20,000 nt of DNA. Source: an uncultured virus (IMG/VR IMGVR_UViG_3300032069_000750). Taxonomy: Duplodnaviria > Heunggongvirae > Uroviricota > Caudoviricetes. Below the pieces are notes generated by a model, which worked only from the letters and a program-made list of their open reading frames with translations, ran no database searches and was not told the origin of the DNA. The position numbers were made by a program, and so were the translations under genes. Location: the IMG/VR virus record IMGVR_UViG_3300032069_000750, one strand, 5' to 3'. Positions 1-7,197 of the stretch are shown here, piece by piece (the stretch's first letter is position 1; each line of letters starts with the position of its first letter).

Positions 1-471
1 CCTATTGAACTATACAGATACAAGTCACAGAAATCTTTCCATTGCAGTTTTGAATGCAGAAGATCAAAACCGATAAACTGTGATTGGTGTGGAAAAGAAT
101 TTAGGAGACGACCAGCAAATAAAAAAGCACATAATTTTTGCTCAAAGAATTGTGAACTTGAGTGGCGATCAGAAATTATGAGAGGAAAAAACAATATAAA
201 TTGGTCTGGTGGATTATGGAATGGTAATTATGGACCAAATTGGTATAAACAGAAGAAAAAGGCGAGAGAACGGGATAAATATATGTGTCAAAATTGTGGA
301 ATTACAGAGGAAAAATACGAAAAAGCCCTTGATGTTCATCACATAGAACCGTTCATAAAATTCGGATTAAAAAGATATGAAGAAGCAAATAAATTAGAGA
401 ATCTCATATCTGTCTGCAATCCTTGTCACAGTAAGATTGAACCCAGAAGGAGAAAAAATGAATATAATTAG
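1..471 (+). CDS. HNH endonuclease with N-terminal Zn-finger repeats (5' truncated by window)
   Basis: Frame 1 is open from base 1: FHCSFEC..NCDWCGKEF..NFCSKNC, then RDKYMCQNCG..LDVHHIEP..NLISVCNPCH. Confidence 0.88.
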   Translation, partial: PIELYRYKSQKSFHCSFECRRSKPINCDWCGKEFRRRPANKKAHNFCSKNCELEWRSEIMRGKNNINWSGGLWNGNYGPNWYKQKKKARERDKYMCQNCGITEEKYEKALDVHHIEPFIKFGLKRYEEANKLENLISVCNPCHSKIEPRRRKNEYN

Positions 472-826
472 CTTCAGTTGGACAAAAGATAGTTTTCTGG
501 CGAACAGAAAGACCAAGACCCGCAGGGAATGGTCCGATGACTACGCCCGGAAGTTCCATGTCTATGACTGTTGCAGGGCGTACGACAAGCAGCCTCGGTT
601 CGGCGGCCAGCAGATCGGCATGATACAGGTAAGATCCCTTGCTTATGAGGACATCAGCACCATGGCAAACAGCGACTACGAGTTCGAGGGATTCGCCTAC
701 CTGGAGGAACGGGGGCTCAAGATCTGGGGAAAGGAGCCACGGCGGGCATTTGAGGACTGGCGGAAAAAGGGCGGGTGGTACTGGGTGCTCGGGTTCAAAA
801 AACTCAATGTCCTAGATGTCCTATAA
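458..826 (+). CDS. ASCH/PUA-like domain protein
   Basis: ATG 458 after AAGGAGA; MNIISFSWT..RKTKTRR and later D-x3-EGF pattern typical of phage ASCH proteins. Confidence 0.6.
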   Translation: MNIISFSWTKDSFLANRKTKTRREWSDDYARKFHVYDCCRAYDKQPRFGGQQIGMIQVRSLAYEDISTMANSDYEFEGFAYLEERGLKIWGKEPRRAFEDWRKKGGWYWVLGFKKLNVLDVL

Positions 827-896
827 AAACTCTCCTGAGCATTACAATTAGCTGTAACGCTTTTAAAACCGTTACACATTTGTTGTCTTACAAGTT

Positions 897-980
897 GTAT
901 TACTGTATTACACGGTAATACGAAGTGTAATACGTACTAGAAAAAAAACGTATTACAAAATGTATTACACAGTGTATTAC
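897..980. repeat. Seven GTAWTAC quasi-palindromes
   Basis: Copies start at 897, 905, 915, 927, 950, 962, 974; three of the spacings are 12 bp. Confidence 0.85.
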
Positions 981-1070
981 CAATATCTTCCCCTGATGAT
1001 ATGCAGTGCATTAATGTTGTGAACGATTTTTAAGTTTTTAGCAAGTTTTAAATAGAACGGACGCAGTTAT

Positions 1071-1244
1071 CGTACCCTTAATGGTATCATTAGTGATACC
1101 GTTAATGGTATCAATGTCAATGTGGATGTGTATTTACATGTGAATTTACATCTATACATCCATCTGTATGTATATATGGACATATATTTGAGCCCCAATT
1201 CTGGGCCCCATATGTCTGACCTATTCTCAGCGACATGGTCAGCA
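1071..1244. repeat. Drifting degenerate 12-bp tandem arrays
   Basis: cgtacccttaat/ggtatcattagt/gataccgttaat/ggtatcaatgtc (1071-1118), then gatgtgtattta/catgtgaattta/catctatacatc/catctgtatgta/tatatggacata... from 1125. Confidence 0.75.
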
Positions 1245-1366
1245 ATGATGCTAACTCGCCAATTTCTTTTTATAGTTTTTGCTTTGATATCGAAAATAAC
1301 GGAAATTGTAGGTTTTTCTACAATCCATTGTCGAATAAAATACAAAAAGCGTTTTTGGTGATCCGC

Positions 1367-1426
1367 AAAGTTCCCTTTGAAGGGAACCTACAAGGGATCT
1401 CAGAAGGTTCCCTACAAAGGGGACCT
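1367..1426. repeat. Five degenerate 12-bp units
   Basis: aaagttcccttt/gaagggaaccta/caagggatctca/gaaggttcccta/caaaggggacct. Confidence 0.8.
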
Positions 1427-1459
1427 TAAACTGGCCGTTTTCTTTATATAATTTTCGCT

Positions 1460-1519
1460 TCTGTCGGACATTTCGTCGTACACCTTAGCGAGATCTTTGT
1501 CGGACAATTTGTCATACAG
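1460..1519. repeat. Five degenerate 12-bp units
   Basis: tctgtcggacat/ttcgtcgtacac/cttagcgagatc/tttgtcggacaa/tttgtcatacag. Confidence 0.8.
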
Positions 1520-1554
1520 CAACCTTTTTCAATTACGAACGAGTTCCATGACCC

Positions 1555-2328
1555 ATGACGAATCAAGCGTATGGATGGAAGCCGGACCTGCCGGACCACC
1601 GGGACTTCGTGTACTCGAAGCTTTTCGCGATGCCGGTGACGCTGCCTAAGACCGTTGATCTGAGACCCAAATGCTCCCCCATGGAGAACCAGCGGAGGCT
1701 CGGGAGCTGCACCGCGCAGGCCCTCGTGGGAGCCCTGGAGTTCCTCGAGAACCTTAAGAACATGCCCTTCATGGACCTCAGCCGGTTGTTCGTCTACTAC
1801 AACGAGCGGGTGATAGAGGGGACGGTACTCTGGGACTCAGGAGCAATGCTCAGGGACGGCGTGAAGACCCTGCAGCAGCAGGGCGTATGCAACGAGAAGA
1901 GCTGGCCGTACATCATCATCCGGTACAAGTGCAAGCCGTGGAAGAAATGCTACGCTGATGCGCTGAACCACCAGATCACGGCGTACGAGCGTATCAACAC
2001 CCTCGACGAGATGAGGGCATGCCTCGCGGACGGCTACCCGTTCGTGTTCGGGTTCTCGGTGTACTCGAGCTTCGAGTCCTTGGAGGTCTCAAGGACCGGC
2101 GTCGTGAACATGCCGCAGCCCGGGGAGCGCCTCCTCGGGGGCCACGCGGTCATGGCGGTCGGGTACAATGACGACGATCAGCGGTTCATCGTGAGAAACT
2201 CCTGGGGGACAGACTGGGGCCAGAAGGGGTACTTCACGATGCCGTACGCGTACCTGGAGGACCGGAACCTTTCGGACGATTTCTGGACGATCCGCGACCT
2301 GGAAGGAGCGGCCGCCCGACCGGCGTAA
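1555..2328 (+). CDS. Papain-family (C1A) cysteine peptidase, xylellain-like, no signal peptide
   Basis: YGWKPDLPDHRD N-terminus; Q..GSC catalytic Cys, GGHAV His, RNSWG Asn, WGQKGYF. Confidence 0.95.
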   Translation: MTNQAYGWKPDLPDHRDFVYSKLFAMPVTLPKTVDLRPKCSPMENQRRLGSCTAQALVGALEFLENLKNMPFMDLSRLFVYYNERVIEGTVLWDSGAMLRDGVKTLQQQGVCNEKSWPYIIIRYKCKPWKKCYADALNHQITAYERINTLDEMRACLADGYPFVFGFSVYSSFESLEVSRTGVVNMPQPGERLLGGHAVMAVGYNDDDQRFIVRNSWGTDWGQKGYFTMPYAYLEDRNLSDDFWTIRDLEGAAARPA

Positions 2329-2333
2329 AAACA

Positions 2334-2377
2334 AAGGTTTAAATAGTTCCTTCTAAAGATTCAGCAAGGTTTAAATA
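2334..2377 (+). promoter_or_regulatory. Two tandem archaeal BRE/TATA-like boxes
   Basis: Identical AAGGTTTAAATA at 2334-2345 and 2366-2377. Confidence 0.5.
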
Positions 2378-2484
2378 AAACATACGCGGTTTGACTATTG
2401 CGTTCGATTACACAACCTTTTTCAGCATCGTTTTCCAGTTCCTTTTTTTGTCGCACGACTAGTACTAATGACTACGATTTTTTT

Positions 2485-2575
2485 AGTAGTGAGCAATAAT
2501 CGTGAGCAATAACGATCACCAATAGTAACTATTAATAGTGGCTACCAATAGCGACTATCAGTAATGATCACCAAT
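2485..2575. repeat. Seven degenerate 13-bp tandem units
   Basis: agtagtgagcaat/aatcgtgagcaat/aacgatcaccaat/agtaactattaat/agtggctaccaat/agcgactatcagt/aatgatcaccaat. Confidence 0.85.
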
Positions 2576-2688
2576 ATCGGCGAGGCCGCCGACCGACACT
2601 ATCGACCAGCACAGGTTTCTCTTAAATTTATCTATTTTTTGGGATTATCGCCAAAATCTTAATATAATAGAAAGAATACAATTATATT

Positions 2689-3366
2689 GTGGAAAAAATA
2701 AAAAAGGGCCGTATCCTAGAAACAGGGGCCGTAATTACCATCTTGCTTCTCGCGTCGTTAGGGGCGAGCATCACTTTTGTCTGCGGAAAACCGTATGCAG
2801 TGACCGAAAAAAACCGCCAGCCATCAGCGACAGAAAACATCACCGAGATGCAGGGAGACATCCTCATCAAGAAAACCGGATTCAACCGTTTGTACCCCTC
2901 GATAGAGATACCAGACAACCAGCTCCTCAACGTCACGGCGACCACAGTCGGCGACTTTTTCTACGTCAACTCGGTGCTACGGATCCGCATTGACACGCAT
3001 CTGCTGGACCCGGGTTTCACGTACAAAATAGGGAGGCACCTGAGGACATTCATCGCCATCACCAGGCCGGAGTACTCCTTCCTGGGAAAAATCGTCGGCA
3101 AGCCTGTTAACTACAACCGGAGCGATTTTCTTTCGGGGGCCACGACCATCGACGTCCCTCTCAAATTCAAGTCGACGGAGAACTATGAGGAATTCAGAAT
3201 CAGGATACTCGCAGTCGGGAGCATCATCGGTGCCTTTTCATTGAGTTATCCGTCAATTACTTACAAAATTCTCGATTTCAAATGTTGCTACGTTCAACCC
3301 CCAACAGATACAACTCCCCCTTTTACTTCATGTTATCTACATGGCAATGAGATATATCCAGGATAG
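2689..3366 (+). CDS. Secreted beta-rich protein ending in an orphan Ig-type strand (DTTPPFTSCYLHGNEIYPG)
   Basis: GTG start just downstream of TATA-like cttaatatata; basic N-terminus plus hydrophobic signal; C-terminal motif shared with the next gene. Confidence 0.8.
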   Translation: MEKIKKGRILETGAVITILLLASLGASITFVCGKPYAVTEKNRQPSATENITEMQGDILIKKTGFNRLYPSIEIPDNQLLNVTATTVGDFFYVNSVLRIRIDTHLLDPGFTYKIGRHLRTFIAITRPEYSFLGKIVGKPVNYNRSDFLSGATTIDVPLKFKSTENYEEFRIRILAVGSIIGAFSLSYPSITYKILDFKCCYVQPPTDTTPPFTSCYLHGNEIYPG

Positions 3367-3404
3367 ATAACAAAAATATGGTACACGATTTGGAGGCACA
3401 AAAA

Positions 3405-3845
3405 ATGAAAGCAAACATAAGCAAAAAACAAAAGGCAGGTATCATCGCAACCCTGTTGCTGGCTGGAAGCATCATCGGGCTTTCAACAACAACTCTCGCA
3501 CACCCACCACAACCATCCAAAGATGTCAGGATGTTCCAAGGGAATGTGACCGTCTCGCTGAGTGCGATTGACAACGACTCGGGGGTAAACTATACTGTCA
3601 TCAGTGTATGGTATAGGTCACTAACGTCCCATAACGCTTCTTGGACACTTCTGTTGGCTCCAACGAACTACACTGGGAACATCACGTACTCAGTTCAAGG
3701 TCAGTACCAAGTGCATTTCTACTCAGTAGATAAACTTGGGAATGTCGAAGCTGAGAAGTATGCGGATTTTGCCCTGTGGCAAGATAACACATGTCCATAC
3801 ACGCAGATAACCCTAACGGGGAATGAGATCTTCCCAGGCAAGTAA
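3405..3845 (+). CDS. Secreted single OmpL47-type/Ig-like domain protein with displaced first strand
   Basis: GGAGG RBS then ATG 3405; signal peptide ..TTLA|HPP; NVTVSLSAIDNDSGVNYT..G.Y.VHFYSVDKLGNVE; C-terminal DNTCPYTQITLTGNEIFPGK. Confidence 0.85.
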   Translation: MKANISKKQKAGIIATLLLAGSIIGLSTTTLAHPPQPSKDVRMFQGNVTVSLSAIDNDSGVNYTVISVWYRSLTSHNASWTLLLAPTNYTGNITYSVQGQYQVHFYSVDKLGNVEAEKYADFALWQDNTCPYTQITLTGNEIFPGK

Positions 3846-3856
3846 CACAACTAAAG

Positions 3857-3929
3857 TAATACACTGGGTGAAAAGAAGTTCCCTTTCCTCCGCCTTTTTC
3901 CCTCATCCGGTGTATTATAATTTTTTTTT
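3857..3929 (+). terminator. 3' UTR stem-loop followed by a T-tract
   Basis: taatacactgggtga (3857-3871) pairs with tcatccggtgtatta (3903-3917) using two G-U wobbles on the + strand; T-run follows. Confidence 0.7.
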
Positions 3930-3982
3930 AACCGCGTTTTCCCCGGATTTTGGGTAAAATTTAAATAGAATGAGGCAAACTA

Positions 3983-4056
3983 ACGTGTACATTGATGTGC
4001 AACATAAATGTACACGAGGTATGTGCACACTAATGTACAACATTGATGTTGCACAT
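3983..4056. repeat. Six quasi-palindromic units (ATGT-n3-ACAT type) at 12-13 bp period
   Basis: Units start at 3983, 3995, 4008, 4021, 4033, 4046; atgtgcaacat (3995) is the reverse complement of atgttgcacat (4046); directly upstream of the TATA of the radical SAM gene. Confidence 0.8.
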
Positions 4057-4092
4057 AAAGTTTTTAATATATCATTCTCTATATAATAAAAC

Positions 4093-4959
4093 ATGAAGGT
4101 CGCTGTCATACGAGTGGATGGAAAGCTAGCCAATTTAGCGCTAATGAAGATCTCCAGTTGGCACAAGAAACAAGGGGACGACGTGGTGCTCGTGGATCTC
4201 TCCGGCATGGAATTCGACCGGATATACGCGTCCCAGGTGTTCGCGGGCGGGTCCGGCTACGACCTCGAGGCGAAGCTCCCGGACGAGATCGAGCACTGCA
4301 AGCCGGACTACGATTTGTTCAACGCCGACTACAGCATGGGGTTCACGAGCCGCGGATGTGTACGGAACTGTAAATTTTGTATCGTTAGAAGAAAAGAGGG
4401 GAAGCTACAAGAGCACTCACCCTTCAAGGAATTTGTCGACAACCGGTTCCAGAAGATCATCCTCATGGATAACAACTTCCTCGCAAGCCCGAAGGCCAAT
4501 GAGAATCTCCACACTATCATCAATAAGAAGTGGAAGGTAAACTTCAATCAGGGACTCGACCTCCGGCTGATCAACGATGAGAACGCCGAGATCCTCAGCA
4601 GAGTGAAGTACTACAACTGGACGTTTTCGAGGAGGCTTATCCATTTCGCGTGGGACAGCATGAAGGACGAGGACGACATCATGGTCGGGCTCCAAACCCT
4701 CCTGAATTACATCCCGTCGCACCACATCATGGTGTACGTCCTGGTCGGGTTCGATACTGGACTGGTACAGGACCTGTACCGTATAAAAACGCTCGCGGAT
4801 CTGAAAGTGAAGCCGTTCGTCATGATCTACAATAACAAGAGAGATCCCAAGCTCCGACACCTCAGCCGATGGGTGAACAAACGGTACTACGAGGTCGTCA
4901 CCTGGGAGGAGTACCTCAAGAAGAAGATTTCGGTTAAGCACGTTAACCGAAAGTCTTAA
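4093..4959 (+). CDS. Radical SAM protein, phage/mobile-element type
   Basis: SRGCVRNCKFC (CxxxCxxC), NLALMKISSWHK, DNNFLA, FNQGLD, VYVLVGF motifs. Confidence 0.92.
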   Translation: MKVAVIRVDGKLANLALMKISSWHKKQGDDVVLVDLSGMEFDRIYASQVFAGGSGYDLEAKLPDEIEHCKPDYDLFNADYSMGFTSRGCVRNCKFCIVRRKEGKLQEHSPFKEFVDNRFQKIILMDNNFLASPKANENLHTIINKKWKVNFNQGLDLRLINDENAEILSRVKYYNWTFSRRLIHFAWDSMKDEDDIMVGLQTLLNYIPSHHIMVYVLVGFDTGLVQDLYRIKTLADLKVKPFVMIYNNKRDPKLRHLSRWVNKRYYEVVTWEEYLKKKISVKHVNRKS

Positions 4960-5066
4960 ACCGTCGCCGCCCATGTGTCTTTGAGGAGACCAGAGAGTAT
5001 TTTGTCATTTCGGATTCACCTCCCTTTGACTTTTTTTCTGGTCCCCCTCACCATACGGGGAAATTC

Positions 5067-5879
5067 ATGTCGAAAATCGAGGAGTACTTCGAGGGATTCA
5101 TCAACCGGTCAAGAGCGACCGAGCGGCTGCACAGGAAGGTCCTCAACCAGTACGACGCGTTCGTCGACAGCGACGAGCAGCTCTACACGGTGCACACCGT
5201 CGAGCGGTTCCTGAGGAAGTGCAAGAACCGCGGCCTGGAGAATATCTCGATAGCGACCTACACCTCCGTCCTGCGGTCGTTCCTCAAGTTCCTCGGGACG
5301 CCCGACAAGGAGCTCAACGCCGTGCAGGCGCCCAGGGTGGGCTTCAAGATAAAGCAGGCGATCGACGAGGACCGCTGGGTGAGCTTCCTCAAGCAGCCGA
5401 GGACCCTGAGGGACATGGCGATCGCCCACGTCCTGCTCTACGGGGCCTCCCGGGTCGGCCAGCTCCGCAGGATACGGGTCGGAGACATAAACTTCGAGAC
5501 GAAGATGATCGTCATAGAGGGCATGAAGGACGCGAAAATTCAAAGCTCGCTGCAGGTCAACGCCGACACCATGGACATCCTACAGACCTACATAAAGGCG
5601 TACAAGCTCACGAAAAAAGACTACCTGATCACCCTCTCGGAAAGGCGCATCGAGCAGCTGGTAAAAAAATGGGCCGTCGCGGCTCGGATCCCGAATGCGG
5701 AGAAGATAACCCCGCACAGCCTCCGCAGGAGCCTCGGGAAGGCGTTCTACAAGAAAAGCGGGAAGGACATTGAGAAGACACGGATCATCCTCGGCCACAA
5801 GAACATCTCCTCGACCCAGCACTACCTCGCTATCGAGGAGGAGGAGGTCAGATCCGACTACGACAGATTATTTGGGTGA
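5067..5879 (+). CDS. Tyrosine recombinase/integrase (XerC/XerD-like)
   Basis: Catalytic set: SRVGQL (R), GMKD (K), PHSLRR (HxxR), LGH, TQHY (Y). Confidence 0.95.
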   Translation: MSKIEEYFEGFINRSRATERLHRKVLNQYDAFVDSDEQLYTVHTVERFLRKCKNRGLENISIATYTSVLRSFLKFLGTPDKELNAVQAPRVGFKIKQAIDEDRWVSFLKQPRTLRDMAIAHVLLYGASRVGQLRRIRVGDINFETKMIVIEGMKDAKIQSSLQVNADTMDILQTYIKAYKLTKKDYLITLSERRIEQLVKKWAVAARIPNAEKITPHSLRRSLGKAFYKKSGKDIEKTRIILGHKNISSTQHYLAIEEEEVRSDYDRLFG

Positions 5880-5883
5880 ACAC

Positions 5884-6054
5884 ATGACGATAAAAGTAAA
5901 GGCGCGACCAGGAAAGAAGGCGATTGTAAGGTTCAACGACAAGAAGGACGAGGATTTCTTCTTCTACATAATGGTGCGGGCGAGGGACACCATCGGTGAC
6001 CACCCGAGGATCAGCGTCGAGGATCTCAATGGCTTCGAGATGAAGATCAAATAG
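5884..6054 (+). CDS. Hypothetical protein, 56 aa
   Basis: GGGTGA RBS then ATG 5884, directly after the integrase stop. Confidence 0.65.
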   Translation: MTIKVKARPGKKAIVRFNDKKDEDFFFYIMVRARDTIGDHPRISVEDLNGFEMKIK

Positions 6055-6090
6055 CGGAATTTTTTGAATCGTAAATATAATTAACCACCG

Positions 6091-6303
6091 ATGACTACTG
6101 GTTCAATGAAGATCATGCCATTAGGAAGCCGTCTGCCAGACGAGATGAAAACAAGGGTCCGCAACATACTGACGAGGATACGGGAAAGCGCGGTGGAATT
6201 GCAGACCCTCGCTGGCGAGATGGACGGCCTCAGGGCGATTTTCCTTGAGGGGATCGCGTCGCGCATCATCAATCTCGTCGACATCGCCCTTAAGGAGATA
6301 TGA
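6091..6303 (+). CDS. Small helical hypothetical protein
   Basis: ORF after AT-rich TATA-like stretch; amphipathic helical pattern. Confidence 0.6.
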   Translation: MTTGSMKIMPLGSRLPDEMKTRVRNILTRIRESAVELQTLAGEMDGLRAIFLEGIASRIINLVDIALKEI

Positions 6304-6320
6304 GGATTCTCTAGATACAA

Positions 6321-6429
6321 GAGAGTTGGCTTGAGAGAGCCTTTAACCAGGGCCGAGGAACGTTAGGCAAGGTCGTAATGCTGAATGCAGTCGAAAACCA
6401 CCTGCCGGGAGGCCCTGGCCAATCTCTCA
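6321..6429. ncRNA. Candidate structured RNA element (unclassified)
   Basis: Nested pairings tgagaga/tctctca, ccagggcc/ggccctgg, ggcaaggt/acctgcc. Confidence 0.35.
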
Positions 6430-6449
6430 CAAGATAATGGAGGAAAACT

Positions 6450-6590
6450 ATGCCAGGACGAAGATTAGGTATTCTGGAGGGTATTCAGCCCCCAGGCGGA
6501 TTACTCAAGACCGAAGCAGGGAAGGGGCCGCTCGGGCTGGGCATCATACCCAGCATCCAGGAAAGAGTGAACAAGATCCTTAAAAGATGA
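6450..6590 (+). CDS. 46-aa Gly-rich protein with amphipathic C-terminal helix (not in ORF track)
   Basis: GGAGG RBS; MPGRRLGILEGIQPPGGLLKTEAGKGPLGLGIIPSIQERVNKILKR; stop 4 bp before the next ATG. Confidence 0.7.
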   Translation: MPGRRLGILEGIQPPGGLLKTEAGKGPLGLGIIPSIQERVNKILKR

Positions 6591-6594
6591 TAGC

Positions 6595-6990
6595 ATGGAG
6601 AAATCGGTATTGGATTCTCTTCTCGAGTCGTTCGAGGAGAGGGTTCGTGGCGCTCGGTTGATTGACTGGATTGCACATGAGAGCCCAGGGATACTCGTGA
6701 ATCCCGCTCGCGCCGAGGCAGATCCAGTGTGCAAGTGCTACGGCATTGATGGAAAATCTCTATGCTTTCATGCGGGCGTGATCGGAGGGCTTGATGAATC
6801 CCAGAAAAGCGCCTACTGCAAAACGATCCACACCGAGGAGAGCCCGGAGCTGAAAGAGAGGGTCAGGAAGTTCCGGGAGGCGTCTGATGTCTGCGTGCAG
6901 GAGTGCGTGACCCTGCCGAAGGGCGAGAGGCTCGGTTGCAGGCTGTCGTGCATGTCCAGGGAGCTCGAGAAACGGGGCCTCAAAGTATAA
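6595..6990 (+). CDS. Cys-rich hypothetical protein with twin CX3C motif
   Basis: 8 Cys; C-terminal CVQEC-x10-CRLSC helical hairpin. Confidence 0.8.
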   Translation: MEKSVLDSLLESFEERVRGARLIDWIAHESPGILVNPARAEADPVCKCYGIDGKSLCFHAGVIGGLDESQKSAYCKTIHTEESPELKERVRKFREASDVCVQECVTLPKGERLGCRLSCMSRELEKRGLKV

Positions 6991-6997
6991 ATACTTT

Positions 6998-7091
6998 TTG
7001 AAAATACGTTTTCAACGCGGTATTTAAAGAATTGAAAATGAGCGGTTTTTGTGTCCGTCATATATAAATCTTTTCAAAATACGTTTTGAAA
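6998..7091. promoter_or_regulatory. Pair of related palindromes sharing an AAAATACGTTTT core
   Basis: ttgaaaa-tacg-ttttcaa (6998-7015) and tttcaaaa-tacg-ttttgaaa (7072-7091). Confidence 0.55.
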
Positions 7092-7197
7092 GACGGCAAG
7101 CACAAAATTTTTATCCCCCAGCCCCCATACATCCGTGGCAGGCAGGATAATATTTGAAATATTACTCCTAGTTCCTCCCTTATTATCCTGCGGCCAG

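Noticed and set aside
1067..1429. ORFs 1067-1345(-), 1122-1361(+), 1235-1429(+)
   Set aside because: Low-complexity translations explained by the 12-bp arrays; no RBS or codon bias like neighbouring genes.
897..2575. CRISPR or mini-CRISPR array
   Set aside because: Units are 12-13 bp, degenerate and contiguous, with no spacers and no cas genes.
3300..3480. Single gene split by a frameshift
   Set aside because: The second ORF has its own RBS and full signal peptide, and both ORFs end in the same motif, so they are separate genes.
4158..5822. Long alternative-frame ORFs (4417-4974, 5109-5543, 5219-5773 and others)
   Set aside because: Shadows of the GC3-rich radical SAM and integrase genes.
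4960..6100. attP/attL site near the integrase
   Set aside because: No tRNA fragment or long direct repeat identifiable within the window.
6381..6397. Hammerhead ribozyme core (ctgaatg..cgaaa)
   Set aside because: Does not match CUGANGA and lacks stem II.
6300..6437. Amber read-through ORF (ATG 6300, TAG 6312, open to TAA)
   Set aside because: Many genes here end in TAG, no pyrrolysine genes are visible, and the region is better explained as structured RNA.
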